In this document: piece after piece, positions 47,894 through 60,300 of the stretch
Layout of the letters: each line of letters begins with the position of its first letter
How positions within the stretch are numbered: position 1 is the stretch's first letter
NCBI GenBank assembly: GCA_963837495.1
Contig: CAWINF010000001.1
Coordinates: 2,138,397-2,202,396 of the forward strand
Length of the DNA stretch: 64,000 bases
Source of the DNA: an uncultured Acidobacteriota bacterium
GTDB lineage: Bacteria; Acidobacteriota; Thermoanaerobaculia; UBA5066; Gp7-AA6
Reading direction: 5' to 3'
Made by a program: the position numbers and the translations under genes
The notes under the pieces: generated by a model
Told to the model about the DNA's origin: nothing
The model's database searches: none
What the model saw: only the letters and a program-made list of their open reading frames with translations

Positions 47894-49249
47894 CTACCAC
47901 CCGCGCGCCTCGCGCAGGCGCCGGTCCGCTTCCTCCGCCAATTCGGCCTCGTCGCTCCACCAGGAACCGGAACGCTGCGCGTCCAGCTCCTCGACGCTCT
48001 TGCCCTGCTGCTCGACCCAGGTGAAGTACTTTAGGTTGTGCCAGCGCTCGCGGTTCTCGCGCGTCCCTTCGACGATCCAGTCGAGCTTCTGTCCATGGAA
48101 GACGCGGGCGAGATGCTCCCGCGCTTTCTCGCGGCTCAAAGGGCCGGTGCGTTCCGAGAGCCGCCGCATCACCGAGGGGTAACGGTCGAAGCCGTCGGTC
48201 GCCACGGTGACAACGGCTTCGTCTTTCGAGAGTCCGAGCCAGCGAGCCGTCTTGATGGCGCCCAGGATGTTGCAGATTCCGCTTACGCCCAGAAGTGCCG
48301 CGAGCCGGCGCGCCGCTTCTCCGAGACCTCCCTCGCCGGCGAGAAAGTCGCTCCCCTCGGGATCGGCCACGAGCTGGAGTCCCGACAGGCACTCCTCCTC
48401 GTCGATGCACATCATGGCGTCCAGGTTGCCGACGTGATGGATCCACGTGACGTGCTTGTCGCCGATTCCCTCGATCGCGTGTCCGCCGTAGCCGTTCAAG
48501 GACAGCGTCGGGCACTGCACGGGCTCCAGTCCCACGATCTTCGTCCCGAAGCGCGCCTTCAACGCGTCGCCCGCCGCGATCGTGCCGGCCGATCCCATGG
48601 CCGAGACGAAGGCGGCCGGCCGGCCGGCGGAAAGCTCCTCGACCGCCGCGGCCGCTGCCGAGCCCGTGACGTGGTAGTGCCAGCGGTAATTCGCCATCTC
48701 GGCGAACTGGTTCATGATGCGGGCCTTCGGGTCCGCCGCGAGTCGCCGGCACTCGTCGTAGATCTCTTTGACGTTGGATTCGCAGCCGGGGGTCTTGACA
48801 ACCCTCGCGCCGTAGGCCTCGATCTTCTCGAAGCGCTCGGCGCTCATCTCCTCGGGCAGGATGACGACGGACTCGTAGCCCATGCGCGGCCCGACCCAGG
48901 CGCCGCCGATCCCGTAGTTGCCGGTGGAGGGCCACACGAGCGTGGACTGGCCGGGGAAGACGTCGCCCGCGAGCTGCCGCTCCATCAGGACCGAGTAGGT
49001 CGCGCCGACCTTGTGAGAGCCCGTCGGGAGATCCTTCGCGTAGAGGAGCACGATCGGCGCGGCGACTCCGGTCAGCGCTTCCGGCAGGAGAAGCGCTCGA
49101 ACGCGGCCCGCCTCGTCCCGCCACGTGATGTTGAAGAGGTTGACCGGGTCGAGCGGCGCCTCGCGCTGCGCGGCAAGGGCCCGCCGGCGAAGGTCGGGAG
49201 GCAGACGCGAAGGATCGCGCATCTCCTCGTATGTGGGCCCGTGGATCAC
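47894..49249 (-). CDS. Fold-type II PLP enzyme (cysteine synthase-like)
   Basis: PTGSHKVGA, PSTGNYG, MGSAGT and IEGIG motifs; GTGA overlap with the thrC-like gene. Confidence 0.88.
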   Translation of the reverse strand: MIHGPTYEEMRDPSRLPPDLRRRALAAQREAPLDPVNLFNITWRDEAGRVRALLLPEALTGVAAPIVLLYAKDLPTGSHKVGATYSVLMERQLAGDVFPGQSTLVWPSTGNYGIGGAWVGPRMGYESVVILPEEMSAERFEKIEAYGARVVKTPGCESNVKEIYDECRRLAADPKARIMNQFAEMANYRWHYHVTGSAAAAAVEELSAGRPAAFVSAMGSAGTIAAGDALKARFGTKIVGLEPVQCPTLSLNGYGGHAIEGIGDKHVTWIHHVGNLDAMMCIDEEECLSGLQLVADPEGSDFLAGEGGLGEAARRLAALLGVSGICNILGAIKTARWLGLSKDEAVVTVATDGFDRYPSVMRRLSERTGPLSREKAREHLARVFHGQKLDWIVEGTRENRERWHNLKYFTWVEQQGKSVEELDAQRSGSWWSDEAELAEEADRRLREARGW

Positions 49250-50496
49250 GCGGCCTCTAATGCCTTGCGGACGGCGTTGAGCGATGGAGTGATCCGGGAG
49301 GGCGGGGCCACGGACCGCATGGCGCCGCGGATGTCCTTCAAGCCGTTGCCGGTCGCCACGTGGAGAACGCTCTCTCCGCGGACGACGAGGCCTCGGGACA
49401 TCGCCGTCTCGAGACCGGCCAGCGCGGCGACGCCCGTCGGCTCGGCGAAGACGCCCGTCGCGCGCGCCAGGCGCGGGATCCAGGAGAGGATCGCCTCGTC
49501 CGACGCGGTGACGATCGCGCCGCCGGAGGCCCGCACCGCGCGCAGTGCCTTGACGCCGTTTCGAGGCGCGCCGACGTTGATCGAGTCGGCGACGGTGCGC
49601 GCGGCGACCGGCTCGATCTTCTCGCCGCCACGCTCGAAGGTCTTCGCGAGCGGCGCCGCGCCCTCGGCCTGGACCGCGAGGATCCGCGGCAGCCGGTCAG
49701 TCAGGCCGTGGCGCCTCATCTCGGTCAGGCCTTTCCAGATCCCCGCGGTCGTGCAGCCGTCCCCCAGGGCCACGGTCACGACGTCGGGCATCGCGTCTCT
49801 CATCTGCTCCGCGATCTCCAGGCCGCAGGTCTTCTTGCCTTCGACGAGATACGGGTTGATGGCGCAGTTCCTGTTGTACCAGCCGAACTCCTCGACCGAC
49901 TCCTGGCAGGTGTGGAAGGCGTCCTCATAGGTGCCTTCGACCAGGAGCACCTTCGCGCCGTAAACCAGGAGCTGCGCGACCTTCGCCTCGGGCGCGGAGG
50001 CGGGAACGAAGATGTAGGCCTTCATGCCGGCTTCCGCCGCGAAGCCGGCGAGCGAAGACGCCGCGTTGCCCGTCGAGGAGCAGGTCACCTCGCGGCGGCC
50101 GAGCCATCGGGCGCGCGTCACGCCGACGGCGCTCGCGCGGTCCTTGAAGGAGCCCGTCGGGTTGCGGCCGTCGTCTTTGACGAAGAGCGTTGACAGCGAA
50201 AGCTCGCGCGCGAGCGAGGGCGCCTCGACGATCGGCGTCCAGCCGGCCGGCAGGCGCGGCCGCGGCGCGTCGTCGGGCACGGGCAGGAGAGCCCGGTACC
50301 GCCAGATCGAGGATTCCCGGCACGCCTCGAGCTTCTCCTTCGAGAAGGAGCGGGCGATCATGTCGTCGTCGTATTCGACGTCCAGGATCCCTTCGAGGCC
50401 GCACCGAGGGCAGGTGTACTCGACGTCGCCGTGCGCATAGACGCAGCCGCAGAGAACACACCTGAGCCCCGTCACCTTCGGGAGAGAAGCGTTCAC
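49246..50496 (-). CDS. thrC: Threonine synthase-like PLP enzyme
   Basis: N-terminal Zn ribbon, NPTGSFKDR, SSTGNA, EGKKT and TGNGLKD motifs. Confidence 0.88.
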   Translation of the reverse strand: MNASLPKVTGLRCVLCGCVYAHGDVEYTCPRCGLEGILDVEYDDDMIARSFSKEKLEACRESSIWRYRALLPVPDDAPRPRLPAGWTPIVEAPSLARELSLSTLFVKDDGRNPTGSFKDRASAVGVTRARWLGRREVTCSSTGNAASSLAGFAAEAGMKAYIFVPASAPEAKVAQLLVYGAKVLLVEGTYEDAFHTCQESVEEFGWYNRNCAINPYLVEGKKTCGLEIAEQMRDAMPDVVTVALGDGCTTAGIWKGLTEMRRHGLTDRLPRILAVQAEGAAPLAKTFERGGEKIEPVAARTVADSINVGAPRNGVKALRAVRASGGAIVTASDEAILSWIPRLARATGVFAEPTGVAALAGLETAMSRGLVVRGESVLHVATGNGLKDIRGAMRSVAPPSRITPSLNAVRKALEAA

Positions 50497-50500
50497 GACT

Positions 50501-53113
<2,613 letters not shown>

Positions 53114-53208
53114 GGACGGTCCACAGCCTTCCTCGGAGCTCGTAAGCATAAACGATCGGCCGCGCCCGAGCGCTGTCTGCCGGTGCGCGGGTTGTCTCGG
53201 AGCAGGCG

Positions 53209-53244
53209 GTGCATAAGTCTGCCTCATATGACATGCTTTCATGC
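53209..53244 (+). promoter_or_regulatory. Promoter and operator of the second vapBC, probably leaderless
   Basis: GTGCAT-N17-CATGCT, then 7 nt to ATG; CATATG and CATGCATG palindromes. Confidence 0.5.
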
Positions 53245-53496
53245 ATGAGAACGACGCTGGATATCCCGGACGAGGTTCTGGCGAATGCCAAGCGCAAAGC
53301 CATCGAAGACAAGACGACGCTGACGGAAGTGGTCGAAAGAGCCCTGCGCGTCTATGTATCGCCCGGGCGGGCTCGGAAACGCTCCGTGATGAAGAACTGG
53401 GTCGTCGTCAAGGGCCGGCGTCTCCCTCATGTCGATATCAGCGATCGCGACCGCCTCTTCGAGGCCATGGAGAGAGCCGGCGATGATCGCCGTTGA
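53245..53496 (+). CDS. vapB: VapB-like antitoxin
   Basis: MRTTLDIPDEVLANAKRKA..TLTEVVERALR..VDISDRDRLFEAM. Confidence 0.88.
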   Translation: MRTTLDIPDEVLANAKRKAIEDKTTLTEVVERALRVYVSPGRARKRSVMKNWVVVKGRRLPHVDISDRDRLFEAMERAGDDRR

Positions 53497-53910
53497 CACC
53501 AACATCCTCATCTACGCGCATCGAGCCGAGTTCCCGGAGCATGTGGCCGCTCGAAAGCTCCTCGCGGACCTGGCGGAAGGCCCGGAGCTCTGGGCTCTGC
53601 CGGTGTTCTGCCTGGGGGAGTTTCTGCGGGTGGTGACCCACCCGGCGATCCTGAAGCCGCCGAGCGACCTGCCCGCGGCGAAGCGCTCGCTCGAAGCCTT
53701 GCTCGACTCGCCCTCCGTCCGTGTCCTGTCGCCGGGCGACCGCTTCCTCAACTGCTCCTGCGAACGGTCACCGACGCCAGGGCCACGGGAAACCTCGTCT
53801 TCGACGCGCAGATCGCCGCGGTCTGCCGCGAGAACGGCGTCGAGCCGATCTGGTCGAACGACAGGGACCTCCTCCGTTTCCAAGGCCTCAAGGCCAGACC
53901 CCTGGTCTGA
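53483..53910 (+). pseudogene. vapC: VapC PIN toxin with a 1-bp deletion frameshift
   Basis: MIAVDTNIL..GEFLRVVTH..GDRFL, then CTC-AA-CTG at about 53750; the next frame gives ATGNLVFDAQIAAVCRE..NDRD..RF to TGA 53910. Confidence 0.85.
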
Positions 53911-53955
53911 CTGGAAGGCCCCGGCTGACCCCGGTCGCGGCGCGCGTAGCGACGT

Positions 53956-55464
53956 TTAGTTTGCGGCGGCTTTTTCGGAGGCTTCCTGGCGGAGGTAGGC
54001 GTCGATGGCGGCGGCGGCCTTGCGGCCGTGGCCCATGGCCAGGATGACGGTTGAGGCGCCGGCCACGATGTCGCCGCCGGCGAAGACGCCCTTGCGGGTC
54101 GTCATCATCGTGGCCTCGTCCACGACGAGTGTGCCGTGGCGGCTGATCGTCAGTCCGGCCGTGGTCTTGGGGATCAGGGGATTGGGGCCGTTGCCGATCG
54201 CCTCGATCACGATCTCGACGGGAAGCTCTTCGTACGCTCCTTCGATCGGCACGGGGCGGCGGCGGCCCTTCTCGTCCGGCTCGCCCAGCTCGCAGCGCTG
54301 GACCTTCAAGCCGCGCACCCAGCCTTCGGCGGTGCCGAGGATCTCGACCGGGGCGTAGAGCATCCGGAACTGGACCCCCTCCTCCTCGGCGTGGTGAACT
54401 TCCTCCACGCGCGCCGGCATCTCGACGCGGGAGCGGCGATAGACGAGATACACGTTCTTCGCCCCGAGGCGCAAGGCCGTGCGCGCGGCGTCCATCGCCA
54501 CGTTGCCGCCGCCCAGGACCGCGACGTTGTCACGGCGCAGCACGGGCGTGTCCTCCTCGGGGAAGCGGAACGCTCCCATGAGGTTGGCGCGCGTCAGGTA
54601 CTCGTTGGCGGACAGGACGCCGTTCAGGTCCTCGCCGGGGACGTTGACGAAGTAGGGGAGGCCCGCGCCCGTCGCGACGTAGACGGCGTGGAATCCCTCG
54701 TCGAAGAGGTCGTCCACGGAGAGCGTCTGGCCGACGACGGTGTCGAACTCGAACTGGACTCCCATCCTGGCGAGGTTGTCCACTTCCGCCTGGACGATGT
54801 CCTTGGGCAGGCGGAATTCGGGGATGCCGTAAACGAGGACGCCGCCCGCCTTGTGGAAGGCTTCCATGACGACGGCTTCGTGGCCGTAGCGCCGCAGGTC
54901 GCCGGCGCAGGTCAGGCCCGAGGGGCCCGCGCCGATGATGGCCACGCGGAATCCGCTGGGCGCGCCGACGGCCGGAAGCTCGACGCCTCCCACCTCGCGC
55001 TCCCAGTCGGCGAGGAACGCCTCGATCTTCCCGACGGAGACGGCGAACCCAAGGTCCTTGTGGACCTTCGCCACCATGCAGTTCTCCTGGCACTGGCTCT
55101 CCTGCGGGCAGACGCGCCCGCAGATGGCCGGCAGGAGGTTCGTCGTCTTGATCGTCCGAATGGCGGCGCGGAAGTCCCCCTCCGCGACCTGGCGCAGGAA
55201 CTGCGGGACGTCCACGCCGACGGGGCAGCCGGTGACGCACGGCTCGTTCTTGCAGGAGAGGCAGCGCAGCGCCTCGGCGCGCGCCTGATCCGGCGTGTAG
55301 GCGAAGGGGACCTCGCGAATGTTCGTGACGCGCTCGGCCGGGGTCTGCTCCGCCCAGAAGACCTTCGGAAGCTGGCCGCGCGTCTTGTTGGTGAGGCTCG
55401 CGCGGTTCTCGATCCGGGCCGCCAGCTCCTCCGGGGTCAGGTCCGTCTTTTTCTGCTCGGACAT
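53956..55464 (-). CDS. nfnB: NfnB/SudA (GltD-like) large subunit
   Basis: RCLSCKNEPCVTGCPV, CGRVCPQESQC, IIGAGPSG, GGGNVAMDAAR and GGDIV..STVILAMG motifs. Confidence 0.9.
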   Translation of the reverse strand: MSEQKKTDLTPEELAARIENRASLTNKTRGQLPKVFWAEQTPAERVTNIREVPFAYTPDQARAEALRCLSCKNEPCVTGCPVGVDVPQFLRQVAEGDFRAAIRTIKTTNLLPAICGRVCPQESQCQENCMVAKVHKDLGFAVSVGKIEAFLADWEREVGGVELPAVGAPSGFRVAIIGAGPSGLTCAGDLRRYGHEAVVMEAFHKAGGVLVYGIPEFRLPKDIVQAEVDNLARMGVQFEFDTVVGQTLSVDDLFDEGFHAVYVATGAGLPYFVNVPGEDLNGVLSANEYLTRANLMGAFRFPEEDTPVLRRDNVAVLGGGNVAMDAARTALRLGAKNVYLVYRRSRVEMPARVEEVHHAEEEGVQFRMLYAPVEILGTAEGWVRGLKVQRCELGEPDEKGRRRPVPIEGAYEELPVEIVIEAIGNGPNPLIPKTTAGLTISRHGTLVVDEATMMTTRKGVFAGGDIVAGASTVILAMGHGRKAAAAIDAYLRQEASEKAAAN

Positions 55465-55466
55465 CG

Positions 55467-56414
55467 CTAGGCTCCCGTCCTGGTGGTTGGCTGGTTTGGG
55501 GCCTCGGCTTCCGAAACGGCCGCAGTGACGGCGGACTGGAGCTGGCAGCTCGGGTCGTTCTCGCGGTAGCGCTCGAGGCTGGCGGCCTCCTCGGGCTTGT
55601 ACATCGCCTGCCGCCGCATCATCCCGTCGAAGTCCACGTGGTGCCCGTCGAACTCGGGGCCGTCCACGCAGACGTACTTCGCGGCGCCGTCCACCATCAC
55701 GCGGCAGCCGCCGCACATCCCGGTGCCGTCCACCATGATGGTGTTCAAGCTGACGAGCGTCGCGACGGCGTAGGGCTTCGTCGTCTTCGAGCAGAACTTC
55801 ATCATGATCGGGGGGCCGATCGCGATGGCGAGGTCCACGTCGCCCCCGCTCGCGCGCCGGCTCTCGATCAAGTCCTTCAGCACGTCGGTCACGAAGCCCT
55901 TCCGGCCGTAGGAGCCGTCGTCGGTGCAGACGAGGAGCTCGCTCGAGGCGACGCCGAGGCGATCCTCGAAGACCAGCAGGTCCTTGCGCCGAGCGCCGAG
56001 GATCGTCACAACCTCGTGCCCGGCCGCCTTGAAGGCGCGGGCGATGGGGAGCATGGGCGCGGCGCCGATCCCGCCGGCCACGCAGGCGACCGTGCCCCGG
56101 AAATCCTCCGCCTTGCCCGGAATGCCGATGTGGGTCGGGTTGCCGAGCGGCCCCGCGACGTTGGCGAAAGAGTCCCCCTCTTCGAAGGCCTCGCTCATCT
56201 CGAACGTGGTCTTTCCGACGGCCTGCACGACGAGCGTGATCGTTCCCTTTGCCTTGTCGGTGTCCGCGATCGTGAGGGGGATGCGCTCGGAATGGGCCGT
56301 CGGGCGCACCATCACGAACTGGCCGGCCCGGTGGCGCCTGACCACGCGCGGGGCCTCGACCTCGTAGAGGGTGACGTTCTCTCCCAGAGTCTTCTTGACG
56401 ATGATTTGAAACAC
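55467..56414 (-). CDS. nfnA: NfnA/SudB small subunit (FAD, 2Fe-2S)
   Basis: ERIPLTI, GPLG, TDDGSYG and MVDGTGMCGGCRV..CVDGPEF motifs. Confidence 0.92.
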   Translation of the reverse strand: MFQIIVKKTLGENVTLYEVEAPRVVRRHRAGQFVMVRPTAHSERIPLTIADTDKAKGTITLVVQAVGKTTFEMSEAFEEGDSFANVAGPLGNPTHIGIPGKAEDFRGTVACVAGGIGAAPMLPIARAFKAAGHEVVTILGARRKDLLVFEDRLGVASSELLVCTDDGSYGRKGFVTDVLKDLIESRRASGGDVDLAIAIGPPIMMKFCSKTTKPYAVATLVSLNTIMVDGTGMCGGCRVMVDGAAKYVCVDGPEFDGHHVDFDGMMRRQAMYKPEEAASLERYRENDPSCQLQSAVTAAVSEAEAPNQPTTRTGA

Positions 56415-56582
56415 TTGGTTTACCTCAGAAGCCGCCCATTATGCGAACAGGGGACCGGGCAGGAACTGATGCATTTTAACCAGAAGGAGGATTCCGTGGA
56501 CGGATCTCACGCCCTCATGATTACGGGAAAACCAGGGCCGGACCCGGCCGCTCAGACGCGGAAGGCCGACCGGTACGAGTCT

Positions 56583-57173
56583 TTAGTGGTGCCCGCCATG
56601 GCCGCCGCCGTGGCCTCCGGAGCCGCCGCCGTGACCGCCGTGCCCGAATCCCCCGTGCCCGCCCCGGTGGCCGAGACCCCCTCCGTGAATGGACCGGCCG
56701 CCGAAGAAGAACGTGGAAGAAAAGTAAGGGTTGTAGCCATACCAGTAGGGATAACCATAGGCATACCAGTACGGATAGCCATAAGCGTAGGGATAGGCTT
56801 CGTCCTCCGCGTAGGACGGCTCGATCGGAACGTCCGTCCCTTCTCCCGAGTCATAGGCCGCCTCGCTGCCGGGGCCGCCGGGACCGGCCTCGAGGCCGGT
56901 GATTCCCGCGATGGCGGCAACGACAGGCTCGCTGACACCGGCCTGGCGGAGCCGGATCAGGTCCTCGGCCCTGACGTCCGCATCCAGACGGGCGCGCCGG
57001 GCCTGGACGTACGCGACGATCGTCTCATCGGAAAGGCCGGCCCGGGTCATCTGGACGACATCGGTGAAGAGGCGGTTGGAGAAGCGGGAAGAGGCGCGGG
57101 GCTCCGCGACGGCTGCGGAGGCTGAGAGCACCAGAACAGCGGATAAGAGAAGTGCACGTTTCATGGTGTCCAT
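56583..57173 (-). CDS. Secreted protein with Tyr-rich and Gly/His-rich low-complexity tail
   Basis: GGAGG RBS; signal peptide; DVVQMTRAGLSDETI..LRQAGVS helical domain; YPY(W)YAYG repeats; GGH repeats. Confidence 0.8.
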   Translation of the reverse strand: MDTMKRALLLSAVLVLSASAAVAEPRASSRFSNRLFTDVVQMTRAGLSDETIVAYVQARRARLDADVRAEDLIRLRQAGVSEPVVAAIAGITGLEAGPGGPGSEAAYDSGEGTDVPIEPSYAEDEAYPYAYGYPYWYAYGYPYWYGYNPYFSSTFFFGGRSIHGGGLGHRGGHGGFGHGGHGGGSGGHGGGHGGHH

Positions 57174-57317
57174 GAAAACCTCCAAAGTGGGGCCTTTATT
57201 CTCCTGGTTCGGCGTTCTTCCGGCAACTGCGGCGGCGCAGGCCAGGAGTGTGCGCGGGCGCCGGGCCGGACGGCGGATCGTTGCTATGATTCCGCTCCCA
57301 AAATAGCGAGGTCACAC

Positions 57318-60300
57318 ATGCGATTTGCCCTCGGGATTCTCGCGGCTCTTCTTACCTTGCCGGCGCGGCCAACCGGCGCTCTCACGGTGGACGAGATCCT
57401 GGCGCGCTACGTCGAGGCGCGGGGAGGGGCGGCGAAGCTCGCGGCGATCCGGTCGTTTCGGGCGACGGGAAAGGCGGTTTTCGGAGGAGGCGAGTTCGCC
57501 GTCCATGCGGATTGGGGACTGCTGCAGAAGCGGCCCGGCATGATCCGCAGCGAGACGACCCTCCAGGGCCTGACCGGCGTCGAGGCCTTCGACGGGCAGG
57601 AGGCATGGAGCCTCTTCCCCTTCCAGGGGCGTCGCGACGCGCAGAAGGAATCCGCCGACGAGGCCCGGGACATGACGCGGCGCGCGGACATCGAGGGGCC
57701 TCTCGTCCGCTGGCGGGAGAAGGGACACAGGGTCGAGTCCCTGGGCACCGAGGACGTGGACGGCACGCCCGCGCACAAGCTCCGAGTGACGTTGAAGGGA
57801 GGCGACGTTCAATACGTCTTCCTCGATCCCGACTACTTCCTGGAGATCCGCGTCGAGACGGTCGCGCGAGTCCGCGGCGCCGAGCGCATCACCGAGACGG
57901 ATCTGGGCAGCTACGAGCAGGTCGCCGGAGTCTGGTTCCCCTTCTCGATCGAATCGGGGCGCAAGGGAGGCCCGCGCGGGTCCCGCATCACGATCGAGCA
58001 CGCGGAAGCGAACGTCGAGGTGGACGACGGCGTCTTCAAGTTCCCGCCGGCGGGCACGCCGGTCGGGCGCGCGATCCCCGCGGCTCCCGCCCCGGCCGCC
58101 TCCCCGGCGGCGGCCGCGAGACCGCCCGCCCCCGCGAGCGAGCGCGCGCCGGCCCTGGATTCCGGCGTTCTCTCGGGTCTTTCCGCGCGCAACATCGGCT
58201 CGGCGGTCATGAGCGGCCGCGTCGCCTCCGTGACCGCCCGCAACGTCGAAGGCAGGACGACGATCTTCGTCGGGGCGGCGAGCGGCGGCGTCTGGAAGTC
58301 GGAGGACGGCGGCACGCGGTTCAAGCCCGTCTTCGACAAGCAGCCGGTGCAGTCCATCGGCGCCGTTACGATCGATCCCTCCAACTCCAGGACGGTCTGG
58401 GTCGGCACGGGCGAGTCCTGGATGCGCAACTCCGTCTCGGTCGGCGACGGCATCTACAAGTCCACCGACGGCGGCGAGACGTGGACGAATATGGGTCTCT
58501 CCAACTCCGAGCACATCGTGCGGATCCTCGTGAGTCCCAAGGACAGCGACACGGTCTACGCCTGCGTCCCGGGCAGGCTCTGGAGCGACAGCGGCGAACG
58601 CGGTCTCTACAAGACGACTGACGGGGGAAAGACCTGGCACCTGGCCCTCAAGGGCGCCAACCTTTCGACCGGATGCTCTTCCGTGACGATGGACCCGAAG
58701 AACCCGGACGTGCTCTTCGCCGGCATGTGGGACTTCCGCCGCAAGGGCTGGACGTTCCGCTCCGGCGGAGACGGGCCCGACGCGCCGAGCGGCAGCGGTC
58801 TCTTCCAGTCCTCGGACGGCGGCAAGACATGGACGGAGCTGACCGACAAGACGAACGCGACGCTGGCCGCGAAGCCCTGGGGACGCGTCGAGGTCGCCCT
58901 GGCTCCCTCCGATTCCAAGATCGTCTATGTTCTGATCGAATCCGCCAAGTCCGCTCTCTACCGCTCCTCCGACGGGGGCAAGACCTGGGAGGCGCGCGAC
59001 CGCAGCGAGGGCATGGTCTGGCGTCCCTTCTACTTCGGCCGCCTGGTCGTGGACCCGACCAACGCCGAGCGGGTCTTCAAGCCGGGCGGCGGTCTCGTCG
59101 TGAGCGACGACGGCGGCCGCAGCTTCACCGACAGCGGCGGCGGCGCGCACGGCGACTGGCACGACGTCTGGATCGATCCCGACAATCCCAAGCATGTCCT
59201 CGGAGGCGACGACGGGGGACTCTGGACCTCGTACGACGGCGGTAACCGCTGGTGGAAGTCCAACAACCTGCCGATCTCGCAGTTCTACCACGTGGCCGTG
59301 GACGGACGGGACCCGTACCAGGTCTATGGAGGGCTGCAGGACAACAGCTCCTGGGTCGGCGACTCGGCCTTCCCGGGCGGTATCTCGAGCTCTCGCTGGG
59401 AGAACCTCTATGGCGGCGACGGATTCTGGACGATCCCCGATCCGACCGACCCCGACGCCGTCTACGCGGAGTCGCAGGGCGGATACATCGGCCGCGTGGA
59501 CAGGAAGACGCATGCGAGCCGCGACATCCAGCCCAAGGCCGCGTACAAGGAGAAGCTGCGCTTCAACTGGAACTCGCCGATCGTCGCCTCCCCGACACAG
59601 AAGGGGACGATCTATCTGGGCGCGCAGTTCCTCTTCCGATCGCGCGACCGGGGCGACACGTGGGAGCGCATCTCGCCGGACCTGACGACCAACGACCAGG
59701 AGAAGCAGAAGCAGGAGGAGTCGGGCGGAGTGACCGTGGACAACTCCTCCGCGGAGATGCACACGACGATCTACTCGATCTCGGAGTCGCCGCTGCACGC
59801 CGGCGTGATCTGGGTCGGGACCGACGACGGCAACGTGCAATTGACGCGCGATGGCGGGAAGACCTGGTCGAACGTCGCCGGAAACGTCAAGGGAGCGCCG
59901 AAGGGCCTGTGGGTGAGCTGGGTCGAGGCCAGCCGCTTCGACGCCGCGACGGCGTATGCGGCCTTCGACCGCCACACGTTCGGAGACATGACGCCGTGGG
60001 TCTATCGCACGACGGACTTCGGAAAGACCTGGAAGCGGATCGTCTCGCCCGAGCAGGGGGTCCGCGGGTACGCGCACGTCATCAAGGAGGACGCGGTCAA
60101 ATCAAGTCTTCTTTTTGTCGGTACGGAATTCGGGCTCTGGATCTCTCTCGACGGCGGAGCGACGTGGGCGCAGTTCAAGGGAGGAGACTTCCCGAGCGTC
60201 GCGGTCCGCGAGGTCCAGGTGCACCCGCGCGATCACGACCTCGTCCTCGCCACGCACGGGCGCGGCATCTGGATCATCGACGACCTGACCCCGCTGCGAA

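Noticed and set aside
53956-55464. Glutamate synthase small subunit (gltD)
   Set aside because: No gltB is nearby, and it is paired with an NfnA/SudB gene, which indicates NfnAB.
57312-60077. Long antisense or alternate-frame ORFs (e.g. 921 aa here, 813 aa at 10197, 779 aa at 44524, 689 aa at 14695)
   Set aside because: Expected in high-GC DNA; they overlap well-supported genes and carry no recognisable motifs.
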